Shown here in pieces: positions 28,241 to 38,357 of a stretch of 59,294 nt of DNA. The notes under the pieces were generated by a model. The model did no database searches. It was not told the origin of the DNA and saw only the letters and a list, made by a program, of their open reading frames with translations. The stretch is from an uncultured Candidatus Bathyarchaeia archaeon. GTDB lineage: Archaea; Thermoproteota; Bathyarchaeia; Bathyarchaeales; DTEX01. The DNA is taken from assembly GCA_964465575.1 (NCBI GenBank), contig CAYXIF010000003.1, positions 52,296-111,589 on the forward strand, written 5' to 3'. Made by a program: the position numbers and the translations under genes. Every line of letters begins with the position of its first letter. Positions within the stretch are counted from its first letter, which is position 1.

Positions 28241-31200
28241 TTACAGCGTGCCTATGATTCTGTTCTTGTTCCTTGTCCAGTCCATAATTGCGTCGTGGAC
28301 GAAATCGATCGTTCTTTCGATTGTGCTCGCGGGCGTTCCCGGAACAGCAGGTTCCGTGGCAAGTCTCACGCGGTAGTAATCCTCTCTAGGGCTCTTTGTC
28401 AGAGACAGGCTGTTTCTGGTCTTTCTCTCTTCGCCTGTTCCCCCGAACCGGTAGCGGAATCTGATTTCCTTCACGAGTTCGCCTTTGACATTCTCGATCT
28501 CGGGCACGTTCTCGACATCATCGACACTCTCTAGCGTGCCCGTTTTCAGTTCATCGAGGCGGTCCAAGAAGAAGCCAATGAAGAACTCCTTCTCGCCTAG
28601 ACCCACCTTTACGGGCATGCTCAACTCTCTTCCCTGATAGACCTTGAATATCTCTTCCTTGCGGACCTTCGCCTTCTCCTCCGACAGTTTGAGGCGCTTG
28701 ACCTTCGATGGAGTATATGTGCTTACGGCCAACGCCGCAGGTCTGATGGATGAAAGCACAGATGCGGTTAACGCCAACGCGAAGCCGATCGCGCTCCACC
28801 ACCATTCCAGCTTCTCTCGTACCATGAGTTCCTGACCGAAGAGCACCATCACTCTGTAGAATCCCAACCCTAGTAAGTAACCGAGGCTACCGCCGACCAT
28901 GCCCAGAATTATGGCTTCAGCGACAAAGATCAGCCCTATGTGGGTCGGGTTCAGCCCAAGCATTGAAAGGGTCCTGATCTCCTTTCTCCGCTCGTAAACA
29001 GCATTCAGCATGACCATGCTGACGTTCAGCCCGACCATGACGAGCGGGATAATGAGCTCGGCTGCTCCCTTCATCTCGATGAAGGCGCCGATATGGTAGT
29101 ATGTGATGATCCTATTTGCCACAACAAAGACATCGAATTCCCATCCGTATATCAAGGTTCTCACCATTGAGTCAACGTCGACTGCAGCGCCGGGTTGAAA
29201 GACGATCTCAGAAATCACGGCGAATTCGGGCGCCCCCTCTGGGTGTCGGCTGGCGATAACTCCCTGAAGGGCCTCCGCGGTGTTCCAGCTTATCACCATG
29301 GTTTCTGTGTTGTTGCATCTTCTTACAGAGCCATCTGGAAGAAGCCGTGAAGGGCCAAGCGGGGAGCCATCCACGTCCACTAGACTCAGGTATCGGTCAT
29401 CATTGATCACCCCCTTAATGATAAAGCTTGTTGAAACTCTTGTCCCCAAAATCTCTGCGCTCACATTTTGACCTGTTGAGACGCCTAGGGTATCAGCTAT
29501 AGCTCTGCACAGTAGTACCTCGCCAATCTCGGTCTCGCCTAAGTAGCTGCCTTCGACCGCCTCGTCCAAGTTAGTATACATTGACTCAGCTGCCGGTGTT
29601 ACGCCAAGAACGCCGTAGATGAACCAAGTTTTCCCAGTTTTGGGGTCTGAGAGTCGAACGACTGGGTTGGGGCTAGGAATGTTCTTCAGCCTCACAGCAA
29701 TGTTCCTTATGTCAATTATCCGTGAAAGAACCTTGGCATCACTGGCCCCCAATGGCGAGAAGAGAAGCGAAGTTTCATTGAGCATCCTTTTCACGATTAT
29801 GCCGTCAGATGGCGCAGTTGCGGTCAGTCTGTCGGAGATGATGCCATACGCCGTCCCGAAGGAGGTCAACGAAGTAAAAGCCAGTATGAGGATGATTACG
29901 GATAGTATTGTAAAGAAACCCCGGATTTTTCGCCGTCTTATCTCCCGCTTCCCCATGGAGAAAATCAGTGCGATTGCACTTCTCCATGACACTTCTCCCT
30001 CTATCAGTCTCTCTCTCCAAACTCTAGGAAGACCAAAGATAATAGCTGAGACGCCAAGGAAAGATATTCCAGCAGACTGAAGGAAAAGCAGAACGTTCTC
30101 ATCAATCACTATGTGCGCGCCGGGGTAAGTAAAGTACAAGGAAACCAGAAAGATTGCATAGATTGCCACGCTTGCGAAAAGTTTTCTTCTCTTCTCCTCA
30201 AAGAAGAAGAAAGCCAGCACGGCGCTGAAGGCCGCCATGATCGCAGCTAGGTAGCCGGCGCTTGTCATGGCAATGAGCCGCATGCGGTCAAGAGCCAGTG
30301 AAACGACACGCATTATCCCTAGCACATCACGGAGGGTATTCCAGACCTCCAAGTAGTCGCGGTCCTCCTTTGCCCGCGTCAGGTCTGCACCAGCTTCAAG
30401 AATTCTTTGGTTGGCGGCTGTTAATGAGCGCCTCTCATCAAAGACTACAAAGCCGACGCCTTGTGCTGCGTTAACCGTACGCGAGACAACCACGAACTGC
30501 GCTTCAACATACCTGAGACCGCCTCTGAGGCTGTAGGCTGAGAGTTGGCTTGTAGCTCTGTGACCCTGAAGAAGAAAGAAAGGCAGCGAATCATTATACA
30601 GTCGGAAGGATTCGACCTCTATCCGTCCTCGTTCCCTTGCATAGAAGTAGGTCTGGGCTTCAAGAGTCACGGGTGTGTTCGCTGGAACGATCACGCACTG
30701 CCTGTCTAGACCCAGGAACCATCTGTGCTCTGAATCATAGTATGTGTCAAGGAAGGGTGCATTGAGCTTCTGCTCGCTTAGGACTTTGACGCGTAGGCTT
30801 TGTGCTCCTGGGCTCGAAGACCGAACAAGGTATGGTATACCCTCTAGCTCGATCAAGGCGCCGGGAACTAGTAAGAATGAGACTTGAGCTCCTTCAGGAA
30901 ACTCAACGAAAAGATCAACTTTAGGCGATGGAGCGTAGTCTATAGATCTCGATCCGAAGTCACCCTTGTATGCGTACAGCCTATACCAACGCTCCCGACC
31001 TACGTATGGTCCAGAGATTCTGTACTCTCCATTGTTGTCGGTGAAGTAGATTCCTGCGCCAACCTTTGGAGTGTCAAGGCTGTACAAATCCCACACTAGC
31101 ACTGTTGCATTCGGGATTGGGAGCCCAGTGTTTGCGTCGGCAACCTTGCCGTATATTGCGACCTCAGGTTGAGGAGCAGCAACGAGGGAACTCGCCATGA

Positions 31201-31270
31201 GGTTGGCAAGGGCTAGCAACAAAGTGACACTGGCGAGATACCTCAACCGGAAGGGCATGGCTGAAACCAT
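28241..31270 (-). CDS. Large MacB/FtsX-like permease with N-terminal carboxypeptidase-regulatory-like extracellular domain
   Basis: IYGKVADANTGLPIPNATV; SMGKREIRRRKIRGFFTILSVII; YERRKEIRTLSMLGLNPTHIGLIFVAEA. Confidence 0.85.
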   Translation of the reverse strand: MVSAMPFRLRYLASVTLLLALANLMASSLVAAPQPEVAIYGKVADANTGLPIPNATVLVWDLYSLDTPKVGAGIYFTDNNGEYRISGPYVGRERWYRLYAYKGDFGSRSIDYAPSPKVDLFVEFPEGAQVSFLLVPGALIELEGIPYLVRSSSPGAQSLRVKVLSEQKLNAPFLDTYYDSEHRWFLGLDRQCVIVPANTPVTLEAQTYFYARERGRIEVESFRLYNDSLPFFLLQGHRATSQLSAYSLRGGLRYVEAQFVVVSRTVNAAQGVGFVVFDERRSLTAANQRILEAGADLTRAKEDRDYLEVWNTLRDVLGIMRVVSLALDRMRLIAMTSAGYLAAIMAAFSAVLAFFFFEEKRRKLFASVAIYAIFLVSLYFTYPGAHIVIDENVLLFLQSAGISFLGVSAIIFGLPRVWRERLIEGEVSWRSAIALIFSMGKREIRRRKIRGFFTILSVIILILAFTSLTSFGTAYGIISDRLTATAPSDGIIVKRMLNETSLLFSPLGASDAKVLSRIIDIRNIAVRLKNIPSPNPVVRLSDPKTGKTWFIYGVLGVTPAAESMYTNLDEAVEGSYLGETEIGEVLLCRAIADTLGVSTGQNVSAEILGTRVSTSFIIKGVINDDRYLSLVDVDGSPLGPSRLLPDGSVRRCNNTETMVISWNTAEALQGVIASRHPEGAPEFAVISEIVFQPGAAVDVDSMVRTLIYGWEFDVFVVANRIITYYHIGAFIEMKGAAELIIPLVMVGLNVSMVMLNAVYERRKEIRTLSMLGLNPTHIGLIFVAEAIILGMVGGSLGYLLGLGFYRVMVLFGQELMVREKLEWWWSAIGFALALTASVLSSIRPAALAVSTYTPSKVKRLKLSEEKAKVRKEEIFKVYQGRELSMPVKVGLGEKEFFIGFFLDRLDELKTGTLESVDDVENVPEIENVKGELVKEIRFRYRFGGTGEERKTRNSLSLTKSPREDYYRVRLATEPAVPGTPASTIERTIDFVHDAIMDWTRNKNRIIGTL

Positions 31271-31446
31271 AGGATATACCGCCCTCAATCCTTTTAAAAG
31301 CTTTCTAGAAACCGCTTGTGGAAGTTTGTTGGACCATTGGAGGACAAGCTTACGCTCGAAGTCTACGCTAAGAGAGGATACTGCACTGCAACGAACGTTG
31401 GTGAGTGGCGGAATGGGGGGATCAGGAACCCTCATCGTTCACAAGA

Positions 31447-33345
31447 TCAGTAGGGCATGAGCCAAGTTGACCTAGATATGAGTCTCCATACACTGAGGAT
31501 GGTTGAGACTAACCCGTCTCCAATGAGCATGCCTATGACAACGAACCCCTTGTTCGCTTCCCAAAACCCGCCTCCTATGAACTTGCCGGCGGCAATGGAT
31601 AGCAGCGAGCCCGCGAATTGTGCAAGTGCAGCCCAAGGCGGCATTAACATGCCCGTCATCATGGCAATGGGAAACGACGGAATATGCAAAACCAAGTCGC
31701 AGACAAGGTAGAGAGCTGTGGAGATGCCGAAGCCCGTATACATCCATGTTGGTCTGAACAGGTATCCCGTCCAGAGCCAAGACTGCCAACGCCAGAAGTT
31801 CATGGCTTCCACTGGCCATGCAGAGATCGTGTAGGGATAAGCCCAGCCAGGTATGGGGTTCAGGCGCCAGAAAAGCGAGACGAATGTGAAGCTTCCTGCA
31901 AGTCCTAGTGCGATTATGAGGAAGAATGTCTTCGTGTACTCTTTCACGTCCACGCCCAGCATCGAGGCTTGGATGAGCTGCTGGCTTATGCCAGAACCGC
32001 CTAAGAACAAGGACATTTCAGACGGCAAGAACCATATGTCCAGCCCGCTGTAGCCGCTAGTGTAGATCAAGGTTTCACGAAGATATGGCAAGCTGAAGCC
32101 GCCACTAATACCCGCCGCGTGAGTCTGCAGGAGAGTGATCACAAACGATACTCCCAAAGTGAAGACCACCAAGACCCATACTGGAAAGCCTGGCACAAGA
32201 AGCAGCGTTAGGATGATTGCTGTTGCGGCTGTTGAAAGGTAGACTAACAGAAGCAATTTGCTATTGAGCCACTTCCCGCCAAACCCGCCAGTACGTTCCC
32301 TGATGCTTGCGAAGGCTCTAATGACTGTCTTGTGCTTGAGAAGAAGGGGGATTACGGCAACTGCTATACCCCACCCTATAGTGAAGCTATTCCAAAAGTA
32401 GAGCATCGACCTGCTATAGTGCCAGAAAACTCTCTGATTTGGAATCCATTGGCTCTCGACTGGCCAAAGACTGTTCTCTGTTATGTAGGTGTTGCCAAAA
32501 ACGTAGAGAGCAACACTTGCGATGAACTGAGCCGCAGTGTACTTAATATCTATGATAAAGCCCGGGAGATACAGTGTGAGATCAGTTGAGAACGAGAATG
32601 AAGCTCCTGGAAGTACGGTCTCCACGATGCTTGTGAATTCTACCAGAGTGCGTGGAACCAAAGGCACCGATATGAGGGTGGTGAGTCCATACGTTGCGAA
32701 CCCGTAGACAGCACCAGCCAAGATCGCCAGAGCAATGACCCTTATCCTACTTAAGTCTCTGTCTCCGAAAGACTTCATGGTTTTGGCGTCCCACGTTGCG
32801 AAAGGGAACTCCAGTTTTTCCTCTCGGGCATACAGACTGAAGGCAAAGAGCCCTAGAGTGTAGTTTGCTATGGCGGATAGTGAGATAGGTATGAAAACGC
32901 CAACCAAGATGGGCAGCGCCCAAGCCGCATCAAAGAACGTCCGGTTCATCATGGACCTAATGGCGTCATCCCCAAGAGGAGAAAAGAAACGAGGAACAGC
33001 GTGCTGGAGACCGAATATCTGCGCCACCTCAGAGTTGGCGAAGTATTGGTTGCGGAGCAGGTAAGCGAAGAAGTAGCCTGTGGCCATCAGACCAGTAGTC
33101 TCCATAGTTCGGATTATGAAAATCTCCTTTGAGGTGAGAGGCGATCCCAGCAGTCTTGTCAATCCCACCCAGAGCAAGATCACCGCCCAGCTGGTCAAAG
33201 CCAGACCCCAAAGACCTTCTACTAGCCAGTTGTATACAATGGCAGGCTGTATGATGAACACTATGAAGACGAACGCCATCATGGAGCGCCAAGTTAGACC
33301 TTTCTGTTCGGAGTGTATCTTCTCTAGAACCTCTGTCTCCCCCAC
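31447..33345 (-). CDS. OPT/YSL-like multi-pass membrane transporter
   Basis: LTWRSMM..., EKLEFPF motif, hydrophobic throughout; start overlaps the upstream stop. Confidence 0.65.
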   Translation of the reverse strand: MGETEVLEKIHSEQKGLTWRSMMAFVFIVFIIQPAIVYNWLVEGLWGLALTSWAVILLWVGLTRLLGSPLTSKEIFIIRTMETTGLMATGYFFAYLLRNQYFANSEVAQIFGLQHAVPRFFSPLGDDAIRSMMNRTFFDAAWALPILVGVFIPISLSAIANYTLGLFAFSLYAREEKLEFPFATWDAKTMKSFGDRDLSRIRVIALAILAGAVYGFATYGLTTLISVPLVPRTLVEFTSIVETVLPGASFSFSTDLTLYLPGFIIDIKYTAAQFIASVALYVFGNTYITENSLWPVESQWIPNQRVFWHYSRSMLYFWNSFTIGWGIAVAVIPLLLKHKTVIRAFASIRERTGGFGGKWLNSKLLLLVYLSTAATAIILTLLLVPGFPVWVLVVFTLGVSFVITLLQTHAAGISGGFSLPYLRETLIYTSGYSGLDIWFLPSEMSLFLGGSGISQQLIQASMLGVDVKEYTKTFFLIIALGLAGSFTFVSLFWRLNPIPGWAYPYTISAWPVEAMNFWRWQSWLWTGYLFRPTWMYTGFGISTALYLVCDLVLHIPSFPIAMMTGMLMPPWAALAQFAGSLLSIAAGKFIGGGFWEANKGFVVIGMLIGDGLVSTILSVWRLISRSTWLMPY

Positions 33346-36300
33346 TTTTCCTTCGCCTCTTTGATGTACCTCTGTTTCTCGTTAGGATCGAGCGCTCTCC
33401 ATATCAGGAATTGCTTCCGTATCTCATCGAGCAATGCCTTGTTGGAAGTAATCCATAGGTTCTCCACACCCATGGCTCTTTTTATAAGGATTTCGAAGCC
33501 GTAACGGTCAGCTGCCATCTGCCTGCAAACCACATGGAAGTCCTGAATTATGCCCGCATCAAAAGGCGAGAGCTGAAGACGAGCGCTGAGAACCCTTTCT
33601 TCGTCCCTATAGTGGAATCCCAAGGGCGCTAGGAGCATAAAGAGCCCAGTTCGTTCAGCCGCGGAGGCTTCAAGGAACTCTCTGAGGTAGTTCATAACGC
33701 CTAAGGATTCGTCTGGCGTCGCGTTGAACGGTAAGCCGACACTCCAACTGTCTCCAACTGGTTTGGTTCCGACCCTCCATTTTCTGATCAGCGAGGGTGT
33801 CACAAGTTTTGAGGCCTTCATCATGGGGTAAACCGAGGACAGCATTGTTGTTCCCATCATCACTCCGACAACGACGATGACGACTCCTGACGAAACATTG
33901 GGGATCAAGTCTTGTGGGAACAGCATCAAACCCCAGAGGATAGTGGTTATGCCAGCTCCGGACATATAGCCTAGAAAGCTCCCTAGGAAGGCTAGAGCTA
34001 CACTTTCCATGACGAAGATGGATCCAATGTGACGAGGAGAGAGCCCGACCGTGCTTAGGGTCGAGATCTCTCTTGTCCTTTCATACACGGCACTGAGCAT
34101 CATGGACAAGATGGTCAGAGAAGAGAGGAAAAGCGGCACAATCATGTTTTCTGCTCCGCTTAGTAAGTAGACGCTTCTTGTAGCGACCCTGCTCGCTACG
34201 TCCTCCTTCTTTAGACCGTAGTAGACATCGAAGGGCATTGCTAGAACCAGATCGAAGGACCGTTTCCGCAGACCATCCTCAAGAATCTGAGACTCAGACT
34301 GGAGCGAGATCGCGTTTGGCTGGGAGTTGAAAAATTCGACAGCAAAATCGTAGGGCACAAGTATCAAGCCGGAAACGTCGATTGGGGTTGCGACTCCTGT
34401 CAGAGATGTTCCGAGAGGGTCTGGCGGTCCAATGGGATTCTGATCTAGATCAACCTCCAGAAGAGTGGAGGCCACTTCTTCATCAAGGATTCCCATTATT
34501 GTGACCTGAATCCCATAGAGGCTAATCTTGGTGCCCGGCTTTACATCTATGCCCAGATCCCTGCTTAGGCCTTCAGCAAGAGTCTTGCTTATCATCACGG
34601 CCTTCGTCATCCCAGGAAGAAATGTAGTGCCTTGTCCAGGAACCACGGCGTACTCAAGAATTCTTGCTTCTTCAGCCGTTACTCCCAATAATCCTCTGAC
34701 CGCTGAATACTTAGACTCCCACACCATGACCATGCTCTGTCCAGGCGGATATATCCAAGCCCTGGGGTTTAGTTTAAAGTCTACTAGGCCTTCTGAGGCT
34801 ATGTCCTTGGTAGCTATGAGGTAATTTTCTGCAAGGGGGCTTCCTATGGCATCGGGCAGCGGTCTCTTGAGCAGGATACCCGTGTAAGCCGAAGAACCTA
34901 CTACGGCTCTGTAGGATTGAACCATAACGCCCATTGATGTAAATAGCGTCATTGCGGAGATTGTTATGACTATGGTTGACAGGGTGAGAGCTGTTCGCAT
35001 GGGTCGTTTCTTGAGGTTCTCGACTCCCATCGACAGGGAAGAGGCTAGCAGACTTCCCCTCTCAATGTCAGATCGGTGAGAGCCAAGTATCGACTCGCTT
35101 ATGGACTTCACAGCTGTGTTAAACTCGCCTACGATAACGTAGAAAAGTAGAATGGAGAACAGTATGACCGACAGCCCATCAACGAGCATCCAGATGTTTG
35201 AAGAAATGGCGTAGCCTGGGTGGACTAAGCTGAGAGCAAGGTTTGTTACCAAGAACAAGGCTACTGTTATCATCATCCGCCTTGTGCCAGTTACTCTCCC
35301 CGAGACGACTTTACCAAGGAGCAGGACGAATGCCGCGGAAAGGAAGAAGAAGAATATTGCTGTTCGTACAACGTCAAGTATGAGGTCAAACGAGGCATTG
35401 TAGACATTCAGCGCATTCTGCCAGCAAGCGATAGAGAACGAGTAGAGTCTCCCCTTGTCCCCATTCCTTAAGGCGTCCTCCGCCAGCTGCCGATACTTGT
35501 ACATTGCTTCGATGTGCAAGACCATCTTGGGGTTGGCTGACATCCTTGCCAGTAGGAAGCCTCCTCTAGCGTGAGCCAACCGATATATCCCGTCAATGGC
35601 ATCAAGAAGGGTCAAGGTCAGGGTCTCGCCATGTCTGAGAGTATATCCTTGACCATCAGGGTGATCGTCTGAAGCATCATTCATAACGGCAATCACGCGT
35701 CCCGCGCTTCTAACCAGTATCTCCGTAGGCACATCAGGTTCAACAAAGACCATGGCTTCAGGCCAGACCGCTAGGGTGTCTCGCCAAACAAAGTAGCTGT
35801 GTGAGATGAAGTTGTAGATTTCCACCGACAGAGCGCGCGGATCTTCAACCCTCAACGGATCGAACAAGCCCAGAAGAGCGATGGATGAACACTCGAAGAT
35901 CGGGATATACTGGCTTCCATGAGTGGTGTAAACGCTGAAGCTCCTTGCACCAGCGCCTGTTGCTATCAAGTAGCCTAAGCCACCTGCCCCGGGAGTAAGG
36001 GTAGGAGCTGCAGCAGAAGATGGCGCCCCAAAAAGTGAGCCGAGCTTCTTGCCAGTGCCAAAAGGCCCTGTATCCGTTGCGTGGGTTATACTTCCGGTTT
36101 CTGGTTCAAGGATGTATGCTTGCGCATCTATACCCGTAAGAGGCTTGACCCCTTTCAGGGTAGCTCTGCCGTTTGCGTCAGGCTTCAGGACAGCCGTGAA
36201 ACCGAGTGGCGCGCTCAACGTCATTCCTGTCACTCGCCCTCCTGGACCGGCGACCGGGGGCGCAGCAAACAGCCCAGCGGTTACTCCTTGCACAACAACG

Positions 36301-37994
36301 CTTTTCGAAGCTCCCACAGATGCTAATGGACTGAAGCCAGCGTACACTACAGCGTCAACAGGGTTCATGGATGGGCCTACGGACACAAAGTAGATTGCGT
36401 CTTTGTGAGCAAAGTCGTTGAACCAGTCTGTTGTGCTGTTGTACTGTGCAAGCCTTAGAGTTACTGTCACAAGCCCGTGATCTAGAGCCCCGGCTCTCCT
36501 AGGGTACAAGGCATAGTACACATCCATGCTTGCGGACTCGTACAGAATTGGCCACAGGAAGGTTGCTTGCTTTCGAAGGTTTTCTGGTTGTATCCTTTCG
36601 AATGTGTCGAAGGGTGTGTATTGATAGACCCTGAAGGCGTTTGTTGTGATAAACCCTAACCCTCCTGCATAGCAGGCTTCGGTGAAGACTTCAGCCTCGA
36701 AATATTTCAGAAATGACTCAAAAGGCGGAGCGGCGGCTATCCAAGTTGGCCTAGCCCATTGAATGCCGTCTATTACGTGGAACGTCTCACCTGTTCTCGC
36801 CTCAAGGGGAGGTAGCCATTCCTCAAAAATGCGTCTTAGCCAAAGATTGTACGACGGCACAAAGTCCTGAGGCCTATAGTACCCATACATCGCGCCCGTC
36901 GCGTACACGGCAAGAGTGTCGCTGTCGCTTGCGAGGTCGAGGCTCATCATCATCTTGATCTTAACCTCTAACTTGCTGAAATGGTTCTCCACGAACTCTC
37001 GAGCTCCCGCCAACGCTTGGTAATGCCCGGCAAAGGCAACAAGCCAAACGGTTCTCTTGGGAGGCGTCGCTCTCAGAAGCCTAGAAACTTCCAGTAGGAA
37101 CGCGACACCCATCGAGTCGGTTGCGCCAGGTGAAAGCTGGGGAACGGCAGACCACGAGTCATAGTAGGCGCCGATGACCGTCACTTCATTCTTCAGGGAC
37201 GGGTCGGTTCCTTCCACGATGGCGATGAGGTTTGCCACTTCCCTCTCTTTCCAGGCCATCATTGAGTCAACCCAGATCGTTACCTCTCTGTTCTTTGATG
37301 TGAGGTCTTTGAGAACTGACGCAGTCTCTCCCTTGACGTATAGCCTCGGGAAGTTGATGGGAACGCTGAACATCTTCTGAACAGACTGCATTCCCGTGGT
37401 GTCTTGAGGCTCTAGGAAGATCACACCTTTCGCCCCAAACAAGGCGGCGTTTTTCCAGTACCATCTGTGGTTGAATTCCATCAAGACGAAAGAACCTTCC
37501 GGGTCAATGCCTTCGAAGTCTTCTGGAAGCCCTCTATCAACGTAGACAAGCTTGTCGCCCTTCGCGGGGCTCCTATACGGTGAAGGGTTAACGTGGTTAG
37601 GCCAAAGTGGGTACGCTTCAAAAGTAGCCTTTGACCCCTCTAGGTTCTGGATTGTTACAAACGATCTCTCAACAAGCGGAGTCGCTAACCTGAAAGGCTC
37701 CTCTCGTACCTCAAGGCCTATCGAAGACCAGTAACTCCTAACGTATCTCGCAGCCTCAAAGAAGCCATCGTATCCAACAACGCGAGAACCAAGGCCAGAA
37801 AGGAATCTGACGTGCTGCAGGATGTTGCTTAAGTTGATCTGAGTTAGGTCGGCTGCTTCGGTGGTCAAGGAGCCGCTCGTCGAGAACGCCTTTACCGTCA
37901 AGGGTTCTTGAGCGACCAACGCGAGAAAGGCGAGGGCAAGCGTACAAAGGGTGACACACTGCAGACGAAACTCGGGTCGCATCATACCACCCAT
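33324..37994 (-). CDS. Giant PA/M28-like domain + MacB/FtsX-like permease fusion
   Basis: Signal peptide; GSRVVG; PA-like segment; IGAYYDS, PGATDS, AGHYQALAG, SLDL; SMGVENLKKRPMRTALTL; YERTREISTLSTVGLSP. Confidence 0.85.
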   Translation of the reverse strand: MGGMMRPEFRLQCVTLCTLALAFLALVAQEPLTVKAFSTSGSLTTEAADLTQINLSNILQHVRFLSGLGSRVVGYDGFFEAARYVRSYWSSIGLEVREEPFRLATPLVERSFVTIQNLEGSKATFEAYPLWPNHVNPSPYRSPAKGDKLVYVDRGLPEDFEGIDPEGSFVLMEFNHRWYWKNAALFGAKGVIFLEPQDTTGMQSVQKMFSVPINFPRLYVKGETASVLKDLTSKNREVTIWVDSMMAWKEREVANLIAIVEGTDPSLKNEVTVIGAYYDSWSAVPQLSPGATDSMGVAFLLEVSRLLRATPPKRTVWLVAFAGHYQALAGAREFVENHFSKLEVKIKMMMSLDLASDSDTLAVYATGAMYGYYRPQDFVPSYNLWLRRIFEEWLPPLEARTGETFHVIDGIQWARPTWIAAAPPFESFLKYFEAEVFTEACYAGGLGFITTNAFRVYQYTPFDTFERIQPENLRKQATFLWPILYESASMDVYYALYPRRAGALDHGLVTVTLRLAQYNSTTDWFNDFAHKDAIYFVSVGPSMNPVDAVVYAGFSPLASVGASKSVVVQGVTAGLFAAPPVAGPGGRVTGMTLSAPLGFTAVLKPDANGRATLKGVKPLTGIDAQAYILEPETGSITHATDTGPFGTGKKLGSLFGAPSSAAAPTLTPGAGGLGYLIATGAGARSFSVYTTHGSQYIPIFECSSIALLGLFDPLRVEDPRALSVEIYNFISHSYFVWRDTLAVWPEAMVFVEPDVPTEILVRSAGRVIAVMNDASDDHPDGQGYTLRHGETLTLTLLDAIDGIYRLAHARGGFLLARMSANPKMVLHIEAMYKYRQLAEDALRNGDKGRLYSFSIACWQNALNVYNASFDLILDVVRTAIFFFFLSAAFVLLLGKVVSGRVTGTRRMMITVALFLVTNLALSLVHPGYAISSNIWMLVDGLSVILFSILLFYVIVGEFNTAVKSISESILGSHRSDIERGSLLASSLSMGVENLKKRPMRTALTLSTIVITISAMTLFTSMGVMVQSYRAVVGSSAYTGILLKRPLPDAIGSPLAENYLIATKDIASEGLVDFKLNPRAWIYPPGQSMVMVWESKYSAVRGLLGVTAEEARILEYAVVPGQGTTFLPGMTKAVMISKTLAEGLSRDLGIDVKPGTKISLYGIQVTIMGILDEEVASTLLEVDLDQNPIGPPDPLGTSLTGVATPIDVSGLILVPYDFAVEFFNSQPNAISLQSESQILEDGLRKRSFDLVLAMPFDVYYGLKKEDVASRVATRSVYLLSGAENMIVPLFLSSLTILSMMLSAVYERTREISTLSTVGLSPRHIGSIFVMESVALAFLGSFLGYMSGAGITTILWGLMLFPQDLIPNVSSGVVIVVVGVMMGTTMLSSVYPMMKASKLVTPSLIRKWRVGTKPVGDSWSVGLPFNATPDESLGVMNYLREFLEASAAERTGLFMLLAPLGFHYRDEERVLSARLQLSPFDAGIIQDFHVVCRQMAADRYGFEILIKRAMGVENLWITSNKALLDEIRKQFLIWRALDPNEKQRYIKEAKEKWGRQRF

Positions 37995-38357
37995 GTGTGC
38001 GGTACAATCCGTATGAGTTTCTGTACTGTTCTAGGAACGTCGGAATATAAGGGTCTTGTCTCGTATTTATTGCTTCTCTTACTTCCAATGTTGCCGTTGC
38101 TGGAGGATAAGGACTCTGCGGGGCGTTGTTGGGGGCTTGCCATTATTTGGGCATGTCCAGACTTAATCAAGTTATGTGGAGCGAGCTGATTACAGATGTT
38201 GCAGATCCTTGATGCATGACCAAGACCACCTGAAACTCTGAGAGATGTGCCTTTCTGGTCGAGATTGTCTCTGATACGGTTGGGATACCACTGTCGCTAA
38301 TCTTAAATACTAAGAGGTCGAGAGCTATATCTTGCCAAAAGAATACTGGGTTGTGAA

